Source: Lingula anatina (lineage: Eukaryota; Animalia; Brachiopoda). Taken from it: a stretch of DNA of 64,000 bases. The translations under genes and the position numbers were made by a program. Numbering within the stretch: position 1 is the stretch's first letter; every line of letters begins with the position of its first letter. Below the pieces are notes generated by a model, which saw only the letters and a list, made by a program, of their open reading frames with translations, was not told the origin of the DNA and made no database searches. This document shows positions 11,801 to 23,595 of this stretch, in pieces. The stretch lies in NCBI GenBank assembly GCA_051362555.1, contig CM120647.1, positions 5,890,001-5,954,000 of the forward strand. Direction: 5' to 3'.

Positions 11801-14800
11801 CTACATGTATTCTGGTTACAAATGAATGTTTAATTAAAATCTTAATGAGTTGTAGTAAAATATTTTGTTATAGCTGACTATGAGGACCTGTTATGCCTCT
11901 TCTTCTGTTATGTGAATATTTTGTAATCTTTATAAATATTTAATAAAATATTTTTTATTGTAGCTGCCTATGAGGGCCTGTGTTCTGCCTCAGTAATTAT
12001 CATGTACCCCAGAGAGGAGAGACAAAGTTTCCAGAGGAACTACTCATGGTCCACTAAGAGAGGTAGCTCTATGATGCAGGAGGCTAAACAGAGAAGTAGT
12101 AAGTGAAAAAATGTGTATTGGGACTCTATAAATAGTTCAAAATGACTAGTTACTTAAATAAAGAGAGAAATGTCTTTGGTGTTTGGATTCATACTATTTG
12201 AAATCCTATTGATGGTTTCGACTTGATTGTGGCTGTTACATTTAATACCATAGAGTGAGCAAAAATCACCCACCCAGTTGCATTGTGAGCAAGTCTAGAT
12301 GAGATCAAGATAAAACGCTGATCTAATCATAAAAAAAAAAACATTTTCAATATAAGAGAAATTATTATAGTAAGTTGAGGAGGCGGGAGGCACATCATTG
12401 CTTTAGAACTATTTTTTGATACCAAGAAAATAATTGGTCACTTATAACACTTATACTCGTAAAGACCTAATTACTGAGTGCCAGTTTTCTGACTGATTTC
12501 ATATTTATGAAGTATTATTTTAACTGCGTCAGGTGCCCAACAGAATCGTAATCAGAATGGCCTTGACCTTGCCAGAGTGAGAATCAAAAACTGTCTAATG
12601 GGGGATGATATCATTGAAAAATACAAGGAGGCGATCATGCACTACAGCAAGGTATGGCGTGAGTGGAAAGAATTGATTGCTTGAGTAATCAAAAAATAAG
12701 TAAATAAATAAATAAACAAATAAATAAAATAAAATAATGAAAAAAAATGAGTTTTTAGTTTTTGTCACTCTTGTTATGGAGACTGGTAAATTTCACTAAT
12801 GATGGTAAAAAGTTGAAGTTTTAACTTAAAAGAGCTCTAAAAAGGGTTCATAGCTTGTTATTTCCTAAGCATAATTAAATAAGATACACTATGTTGGTGA
12901 AAGGGAGTGGGATTGCTGACATTTTCAAAAAATTTTTTTTAGCTTTACAAATTTAAAGGTCCAGAAATTAACAGTTCTTGTGTACTTGTTACCAGTAACT
13001 TAATCTGGCTATGTTTTATCTTCTCAGCTACCTCCAGTTTAGTCATATATTTGAAGATGGACATTACTTCACCCTGTAATTGGTTATGATATCATAATTA
13101 GCCATTCCATATTTCAGTTCAAGAATGTGGGTATTGTAGAGATGGAAGCCAGTATTAAAGCCTGCAGAGTGCTGATCATGCAAGGGGTACGTGAACACAC
13201 ACGCAAATACAGGTTTGCATATATCCATGCACGCATTCATGCATGCTCAAATGCACACTCGTCCACGTATCAGTTATCATCACACATGCACTCTCGTGTT
13301 TGTGCACACACCCCCCCCCCCCCCCCCCAATACACACACACACACACACACACGGTCACAGGCTATCCAATACTGACTAAACAGTTGTTTAGTTCTATTG
13401 GAGTAGGTTCAGAAAAGAACCACACTGAAATATGGTCTGGGCATCAAGACAGAACATTTTGATCTAGATAAGTTTAGTTTAAACAAAGTCCACAGTATTC
13501 TTCTAATTTAGACTCAATATTGGTATAAGATGCCAGTTTCTAAAAACCAGTGACAATATTTAAATCAAGCAGACTATGATTGATTTATCTTGGGGTAAAA
13601 TTATTGGAAATTTTTGGTCAAAACGTTTGGACCAAATAGTAACAGTAAATCTAAAGCCTGTCATGTAACACTACCTGGACTAACTCAAGAATAACTACTT
13701 ATAGTGATTAGTGTTCAGATTGCCCTGCCCTTGCTATGCCCTGTATTATGTCATGAAAATGAATGAGAGAACAGAAATCAGTTTCCATTGATGGTGAGGT
13801 TGACTGTGCACTCTGCCTCAGCTGACTGAGCATGAAGCTTGCATTCTCTCATTGGCCCATGTGCTTTGTACTCTTTATCACCTTGGAGTCTCCTAGGTAA
13901 CAGATGTAAAAAAGAGACAATAGGTGTTCTCTGAATAGTCTATTTGTTTAGTGTTATTCTCATCACCTTGGAGTCTCCCAGGTAACAGATGTCAAAAAGA
14001 TCTAAAAGGTGATCTTTGATTGGTCCATTTGCCTAGTACTTATCATCACCTTGGAGTCTCCTAGGTAACAGATGTCAAAAAGAGTCAATAGATGTTCTCT
14101 GATTGGTCCATTCACATACTAGTAGTTGTTCTACTGACCTTGAAGTCTCTAAAGTAACAGAAGTCAGGAATGTAAAAATTCAAAGTCATCAGCTGAAGAG
14201 AGGAAAAGGAGCACTTTATTTCAAGATTGGGGTTAAAATAGACGTAACTTTACCAGACAATATCTGAATGGGATGGTGTGAAAGCAAGACATTTGATATT
14301 AAAAACAAAAACATTACTGCTAAGAATGGACCAACACACATATTTAGTTTGAGCAGAGAATTTTAACTGACTATGGCAGAAGAAAGGCCAGAAGACATTT
14401 GCTTCAATTCTTTATTCATGAAGTGTGACACAACAAAGCTGAGGGAAAATGGAAATGCGTCCAACCTTATTGCTGATAAATTCAAGCAGGCAATAAGAAA
14501 TGATATCAAAATTTATGAAGATTCATCAGCCGTAGTCTTGGAAGACCTTTCACCAAATGAAAAAAATTTTGTAATCTCTGACCAATGTCTGTCAGTGCCA
14601 AACTGTGAACCCAAACTGGACTTGACTCGCCTGGACAAACTAGCAGACACCATCGAGAATGACAGCAGGAGAGTTTCCGTGCCGTACACACTTATTTCCC
14701 ATCATCCTGCATTGCGTATGGAGGCCTATCAACCAATCCACGAGATTGTCCATGAGCGCGTGATAGCGTGGAAAAATGCATTGCATGAAGAGCTGTTGCG

Positions 14801-17800
14801 ACAAGTAGCTCTAGGAAACGAAAAATGTTTCAAGGAGGCACAACTCTACAGGAAAGATATTCAGACCATATACAAACAATTTGAAATTGCGTGTTCGAAG
14901 AAACTGAGCATGTGTAAAAAGAGGCTGTGTACTTTCTTCGATCTGCATAAGCTCCAACTTATTAATCGAACAATAAAGGAGTTGGACCTGGAGATACCCG
15001 ACCCTACAACAACAAATGGAGACTTTGCATTGAGTGCTCGCTGCAAGTGCCAAGAATGCTCCATAGGTGATGATCACAACCAAGAAAAGCCCATCAAGGC
15101 TGGAACAAGTAATGATGTTAAAAGTACAATAGATGGCAGGAAATGTCAAGAAAAGCCAGATCCAGATCTTTGTGAAATTGCCCACAGTTTTATGACTGGT
15201 TTGAATAACTGTAAATCACATAAAAGAAAGATGCCTGACACTTTTGAAAAAGATATTAAAATGACAGGGGGTTCAAAGGGTGACTGCCTTTCTGAAACAC
15301 CAAAAGGCACAATGGTAAGGCGTCAAAGTAAGCGTACACAAAAATATTGGGCCAGGAGACCACGTTGCAGAAGAAAGTTAGAGAAAGGTATTAACAAGAA
15401 AAGTGGCAAAGCAAAAATGTTGTTTTATGATTCAGCAGAGTCAGTTGAGCACCTGAAATTTTCAGATGGACTCAAGTCTGAGAAATGTAACTCTCAACAT
15501 TCGATTGGTGAGCAAAGTTTACCTAGAAGATCAAAGCTGAGAAAAATTGATGTATTATCAAGATCACAAGGATACAACACTGATTCATCCAAAGATGGTA
15601 CAGCAGTCAAAACTATAGATGGAGTCACTCACCAAGACAATACCAATGGTCATTCAGCCTTAATTGGTTATGCAAATGGTACAGAAGATGTCCACAAAGT
15701 TTTCCGTCCAGTGCCACTAAGACCTTACCATCTCCCACTACAGTGGCCATTCCCTCAACACCATTTGGTTAAAAACAATTTTGCATTAAGCTGCCATGGA
15801 GAAAACACCATTCCTCAGTTCTTATCAGCTTCAATGGATCCTATACCATTTCATACATATCCTGTGCCATGGAGCTTGTATGCCACTTCAGATAACTCAC
15901 TGTCCTCACGCCTTCAATAACATACTGTAGAGGGCGTTGGGCACTGGAAAAAGACAATACTACAGAGGGCATGGTTGCTGAAATAAACCAGTCATTTTTT
16001 AAGTCATACTAATCTTTTCTTGGTGTAGTATTTATTTGGGCAGGGTGATATAAATGAAAATTTCATAAATGTTTTAAATATTGAAAGCTATATGGGAAAA
16101 ACACCTCTTTGAAATGTTGGTTTCTTGGAAGAAACTTAAAGAATGAAATTGTACATTTTCACTTGAATTGGCTGCTTTATAGACATTGCTGTATTTAGGT
16201 TATTGAAACTTTAGCATATTGAAACAAGTTTTATGGAGAAAGAAGGAAATGGAAACAATAATATGGAGACTAATTGCCAATGAATGGAGGTGGTCAGCTT
16301 ACATTTTTACCATCTCAGAATTTTTAGAATTATTTGATTTTATATATTCAATTGTTGTTGAAAATATGAACAGATGCCACTTTTTCATGATTAAACAAAA
16401 GCTTTTAGTGATAGATGAATAATTTGACTTATAATGAGTTGATATGGAATGATTTTAATAAATGATAGAGATACCAGAAGATAAAAAAATTGTGAATTTT
16501 TATGTATTGTAATCTAGACGAGTAGTAACAACCTTTTAATCTAGTCATGGTAAGTAGTATTAAAGACATGAATAATGTTGAGAAATTATAGGTGTACAGT
16601 GGTTTCTCTTGAAATAAGAAATTTTTCATCTTTGAATTATTTTTGATATGTATTACAAGAAGGAAATTACAATTTGATTTTAATTAATATTATTGTCTTT
16701 TTAGAAAAACCTGCAGGCTTCAGAGTTCCTCCAGAATGTGGTGTATATAAACCTACAGATGTCAGAGGAAGAGAAGGTCAGTTCAAGGTCAAAGGTTGAA
16801 AGGTCAAAGGTTGCAAGGTCAAAGGTCAACATTTTAGGTCAAGGTTGAAAGTTGTTTGAAAAGGGGAGCTTTCTTTGCCAAAGTTTTATTTTATATATTT
16901 ATACTTCTCTTTAGTTTGTCACCACTTTGTAAGCTTGTCTTTGCTACCTTTTTAAAAACATTTAAAAATTTTTCAAAATTTAAAAGAAAAATATTTTTCT
17001 CAAGTATTCATAAAGAAGGTTGAAGTTTGCACATGTATTTATTCATGTATTCATACAGTATTACCTCCTGGTGTTTTATGAAGATGATAGAGTCTACAGA
17101 CATTATATAGGCACTAAGATCTTGGCAGTTACTTTATATGTTTGGACAACATGAATAAGAAAAATGATTTCGTTGAAAAATTAAATTTTAAGTATGTAAA
17201 ATTTTTAAAAGTTATTACCTACTTGTTATGTTTAAAATGTCTAAAAAAGAGAAATCTTTGCAAATAAAAGTACATATGAGAAAAATCTTAAGGGTTTAAA
17301 AATTTAAGATCGTTACCATAATGTGAATACTGTTACACTCAATAGGTTCTCCGCTACAGCACCCTGGCTAATCTATACGAGCAAATCAATTTCCACAGAA
17401 AGGCAGCCTTCTTCAAGCGAGTCGCTGCCATGCAGAGCGTCGCTCCAACTGTGCCAAATCCTTCGTGGGAACGCTGTCATCAGCTTCTGATGCAGTCATT
17501 GAAAGGATACAGTATTACATTGGACTACAGAGAGAGGGTCCAAGGTTGGTGTTATATCAGTTGGCAGTGTGGTTTCTTTTGTTGTACATTTTCTGTCTCT
17601 CTCTTTGTGTGTTTGTTTGGTTTTGTGTGTGTGTGTGTGTGTGTGTGTTTGTTTGTTTGTTTGTTTGTTTTTGTGTGTGTTGTAATGAAGAACTGAAAAG
17701 GATTTTTTCTTTCTGTAAAAAACACATTAAGAAGCCATTATATGAATTATAACATAGTTTGAATATGAATTGTTTGCATACTTATGAGTACAGAGTATTT

Positions 17801-18786
17801 CTCATATTTTTGTAAAAAGCACCATGTAAAGAAATTCGTCTCTCTTTTTTTGACATTTGTGCCACATTTGAAATTCCTACGTAAAACAATTTCTGTAATT
17901 TTCCCATAATTCCAGGAGAAGCTGTGGGCTGGCCTATCGTTCAGTCCCGGGTACTACATGAAGTGGTCTACTGCGCCAGGAAACTGGGGAATGTGCCTCT
18001 GATTATAAGGTACAGGAGGGGGGAGATACAGGGTGGGCCAGGAAACTGGGGAATGTGCCTCTGATTATAAGGTACAGGAGGGGGGAGATACAGGGTGGGC
18101 CAGGAAACTGGGGAATGTGCCTCTGATTATAAGGTACAGGAGGGGGGAGATACAGGGTGCGCCAGGAAACTGGGGAATGTGCCTCTGATTATAAGGTACA
18201 GGAGGGGGGAGATAAAGGGTGCGCCAGGAAACTGGGGAATGTGCCTCTGATTATAAGGTACAGGAGGGGGGAGATACAGGGTGGGCCAGGAAACTGGGGA
18301 ATGTGCTACTGATTATAAGGTACAGGAGGGGGGAGATACAGGGTGGGCCAGGAAACTGGGGAATGTACCACTGATTATAAGGTACAGGAGGGGGGAGATA
18401 CAGGGTGGGCCAGGAAACTGGGGAATGTGCCTCTGATTATAAGGTACAGGAGGGGGGAGATACAGGGTGGGCCAGGAAACTGGGGAATGTGCCTCTGATT
18501 ATAAGGTACAGGAGGGGGGAGATACAGGGTGGGCCAGGAAATAGGGGAATGCGCCCCTGATTATAAGGCACAGGAGGAGGGAGATACAGAGTGGCTAAAA
18601 AATGTGCCCTTTTTGGATTTTAGACCCTTTTCACTTTGTGTGGGTTACTTTTCTGTTTTGTATTATTTTGGCAGATCTTCAAATGTAACTATGCTAGTGG
18701 GTGCAGAAGTTAAGTTACTATGGCTCCCAAAACCTATAAAATTATTTTTGAGACACAATTCATCTCTTCTCTTATATGTAGTTTTC

Positions 18787-18830
<44 letters not shown>

Positions 18831-19167
18831 CACAGACACATGACTCACCTTCTTCACATGATGCACCACTACCTGACCCCCCAGGAGAAGAGAGAGCTGT
18901 CCAACCTCCTGGAGACCTACACCTGTCATCATGAGGGTCTTAACCAGCCCATAGCCCTGGACAGTGGTCAGATCTTGCCCGCTGCACCCTTGTTGAATTT
19001 ACCTCAGGTCAGGTGAGTGACCGGCTGTTATCACAGGGATGCCGTTTTCACAACAGGTTTTATTGTAAGACCTGATACTTATGTCTTACCCTAAAAGGAG
19101 GGAAGTGGTGGTGCTGGTGAAACTTAGAATGCAATTGCCCACTGATCTGAAGAGAGTTATGCTTGTT

Positions 19168-19232
<65 letters not shown>

Positions 19233-19911
19233 CGTGCGTGCATGCGTGCGTGTGTGTGTGTATATGTCTGAGAGTGTTTATGTGTGTATATATGAATGTT
19301 TGGTGTGCATTTAAAGTAATATATATCCAGTCCAGTTTTTATGTGTTTTTCAGAGTCATGAAACTAATGAATCTCCCGCTCCACCTGCGCCCTGTGGCCA
19401 TCAAGTCCAGGCTGACCCCGGATAGAGAGCAGTCTCCTAGTCCTTTCATCTACTCCCCCTTACAGTTCTCTGCGCCCATGGGCAGAGTCAGGAAGGACAG
19501 GTCTAAAATGGGTGAGTGGAGGATTGTTTCCAAATTCTACTTCCCTTAACAGTCTCCAAATTCTTTATTATACCCCATTACAAATTCCACGTTATTTCAT
19601 GTATTTCTAGTCCAGAATTTTTGCTTTTAATCCACCTTTCTTACTTGAATTCATTCTACTCCTTACAGTTCGCAATATTAAAATCTGCTCTCTCAAAGTT
19701 TTTATAACTTTCACCTAAAAAATTAATTAACGTTGTTTTATTTCATTTTTTATGTGTGCTCAGATGTGTAGATATAGATTGGTTTGATAACAATTATTGT
19801 AAATTGTCTGTTGTTGCAGACTTCCAGTGGGTGATGGATGATGTGTGTGAGGTGGCGCTCCAGGTCTTCAACCTCATGCCATATGAACTGAAGGTGTCCA
19901 ATGTGGTGAGT

Positions 19912-19987
<76 letters not shown>

Positions 19988-20110
19988 GTTCAGACACTAT
20001 CAGGCACGCACACACTCTCTCTCTCTAACCATACACACGTGCACTCGTACACTCTCTCTCAGATGGACATGCTCTCTCACATGCACACACACACACACAC
20101 ACTTTTTCTC

Positions 20111-20208
<98 letters not shown>

Positions 20209-23200
20209 TATTATACTTAAATGAAATTAAAAGAATACCATTAACTGGTGTTTTTTTTCAAAAACAAGTTTTTATTTATTTAGTAATTTTTTACATGATA
20301 CTTATTTTTGGAACTATTACATTCAGGCCCTGCTGACGGATGGAGTGGACTTTGTCTCCCACCCGTCCAGCATGTCCCTCCAGGCCAATTCTGGCCCCTA
20401 TGTGGTCAAGGTACTGGGGACACCCAAGGGTGCTGGACAGTTAAATATCATTGGTAAGTGGTAAACGGCCCCTGTAAAAAGGTAAATAGATTAAATTGAT
20501 TTTCATATTTGAAAGTATTTAATTCTTTTAAAAACTTCATTGAAAATTTCTTATCTGCAGAAGTTATTATAGGTAATATTAATGCTAATAAATAGTGTAT
20601 ATATCTTTTAGAAACTGAATTGAAAACTTCTTATAATCTATTCTGTGGAATTATTAACATAGTATAACTCATGCATTATCATTTTATTTTATAACATATT
20701 TTCCAAGGCAACACAATCATTAAATATTTTCTATTTTAGTTTGTTCTTTTAAATAAATATTTTATATTCACCCAGGCTACACAACCACTGTACTGGGAGT
20801 GAGGAACAACTGTAAACTACGCGATATACCGAGGATACGTGAGACGCAGTACACCGTGGAGGTTATTCCGCCATTGCCCCAGTTACAGGTCACGACCTCG
20901 GTGCCTAGATCGCGGAGCTACAGCAACCTGGATGAGATTCTGAAGAAAGAGAGTGCAATATTGACTGTGTTTGCAGGAGAAAGGTGGGTGAATGTGGGTG
21001 CATGCGTGTGCATGTGCAAAATCACATCATTGACTTTGTTCACAGGAGAAAAGTACGATGACAGAATCGTTCTATGTTCTAATTCATTACACTCAAATCA
21101 GAATAAAATATTTGTAGTATAGATAAGGGTGCAGTGTTAGGGGTGGAAGCACTCATTTCTGGGTGGAAGTGCTCATTTAGTTCCATGTGCTTTATTTCCG
21201 CTTTAGCATTTTAACATTGAATATTGTCATAATATGGTGAGCTCTGTCTCTCTCTGTCTTCCTCTATTTTTTTTTTTTTTTTTTCACAATGTAAAATGAG
21301 TTCTGGCTACTTATATAATTCCCTCGTAAAACATATTCAATCAAAACGAAAGGTTTTGAAAAAAATTAACTACAAACCAATTGATTGTGAAACTATCATT
21401 TTTTCCTCAGGGTTCTCTGTTATATAACCATCTTTATCATTTTATGATTTCCATCTTCCATGCTTCTTAAATAAACAGTCTTGTACACCTCTTCTTGCTG
21501 CCGTGGTAGCCCCACCTAATCGTAAACTGCTTAACTGAATTTGTTTTTATCTAGACCAATACTCTGAAAAGCTGATAATATTATTTCCTTGCTCTTCTGC
21601 AGGAAATATAATTGTTTCCTCTTCTTTACTTATATGCTTTTACTTTTTTTGCAAAAATACACAGACTGAAAAATAAATACGTCCATATTTTCTTTAATCT
21701 CAGCTAAAGTCAAGTACCTAGATAAAAGGGCTACAGGACATGTCTTAGAAAAAGTTTTTGCTATGCATATGTCCACTTCAGTCTTGTAGACATCAGTTTT
21801 GCTTCTTTTCAAGTGGATATTTATATGATCGTTGAAAAATGTTATGTCCTTGTTCTTAATGTGTGACAATTCTGAGAAGTGAATAAAACCTGCATGACCC
21901 AAAATGCACATACACGTGTTCAAAACCCCGATTTCCAGTCTTCAAATTTTACCTTATCTTTCTTACATGATTTTTCAGTTGACTCAGGTCAGGTCCAAAA
22001 TCAATCTCTTCTCTCTGTTTTGTGCTATGCTTCAAGGACTAACAATGCAAGGTCTGAAAGGTGCTTGAACTATGCAACCTGTATTTGACAAATCTTTGAT
22101 TATAGTGTTTGTAACAAAATTTGCATTTTTTTGTAGCAGATCTGTTGTTTTTCATAAACATAGATGGAGGATTAGAAATGAAAGGAATGTCATTATCATT
22201 CTCTATGATGTTTACAATGGTGGAAAAAGTGTTTAATATGTCTTTTCAGAATTGTAAATGTTTCTTTCCCATTTCATTTGCGTAGTTGCTTTTTTGTAAT
22301 TGGTGAAGCGCTCAGTTTTCGGCTGCTCAGATCCTTCACTCATCGCCAGCGTAGTAAAAAATCTTGTTATCATTACTGGTTTGTCATTTGGCGGCAGAGG
22401 GGTCAGCAATGCGGATGTATTTATTACGTTGGCACACTTTCTCTTCTAGGCCTGTAATGATCTGTATAGATTTAGAATCTTTGTTTTCATGTGCTCTTGA
22501 CTCTAGCATTTCAAACCTATCCAGAATGCCTAAATTGAAGTTATATGCAACTTTGTTTCCTTCCCCTTTCAATTGTGTATCTTGGGAAAGGTTAATCTTT
22601 TTCTCGATTGATTCGATGGAATGAGATTGTTGTTCAGAAAATGATTCAAACTGGTTCTGAACTATCATCTTTAGTAAATCAAAGGCTTCACCCACATTGA
22701 GGGTTCTGCTGTTATCTTCGAGCAGTTCGGACTCCTCAGGGAAATCATTCCCTACTTGTGTCTCACACTGGACATGAAAAAGCCATCGATTGACCTAACC
22801 CTACCTAAAACCTGCTTTACCTCATCACCCTATATTTGATGATACTACTCAAGTGCCGAACAGTTCACACAGAATCATACCACGTGTCTGTGTACCTACA
22901 ACAAATATATTTATCAACTGTTCACAGGAAAAAGGTGCATGCATGTAAGAAATCGCAATATTGGTTGTGTGCGCACATTTTATTTATAAAGTTTTTTTTT
23001 TTTTAACTGTGTGTTGACTTTCGTAATAAATTGTATGACAAGACTGAGAATGGTTCCACTTATATTTGCATTAGACTGGCTGAAATCTCCATGAGAGAGA
23101 CATAACCTTGTGAATAAGACTTAATTGTAGGTCCAGTAATGGATTAAAGTACATAGAGATATACATACGAACAAACATGCAAACGTTATATACATACATA

Positions 23201-23261
23201 CATACTTCTTTTTTTCTTTCTTTCGTCCTTTCTTTCTTTCTTTCTTTATTCATTAATTGAT

Positions 23262-23316
<55 letters not shown>

Positions 23317-23546
23317 TCGTGGCCACTTTTGTTTCAGTTTTGAGTGTCAAGTGATGCTGACCAACACTGGTAGTTATCCCATAGAGGTGGTAGAGCTGGC
23401 CCTGGACTCCAAGGGGAAAGATAAAGGTTAGATGGGATCATAAACCTTTTATTTTATTGTGAATAATAAAAAAATAATAATAATTTTTATAATAATAAGG
23501 AGAAGATTTTTAGATTTTAATTATGATTTCTCAATAAACATCATTA

Positions 23547-23595
<49 letters not shown>

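Noticed and set aside
15290-15390. [13 protein letters not shown] in the nested ORF as a homeodomain helix 3
   Set aside because: It lacks WFxNxR and the TALE PYP loop, and is better read as a basic NLS-like patch.
18009-18570. AG|GT motifs in the 62-bp array as recursive splice sites
   Set aside because: No polypyrimidine tract precedes the AG (the context is purine-rich), and the intron is short.
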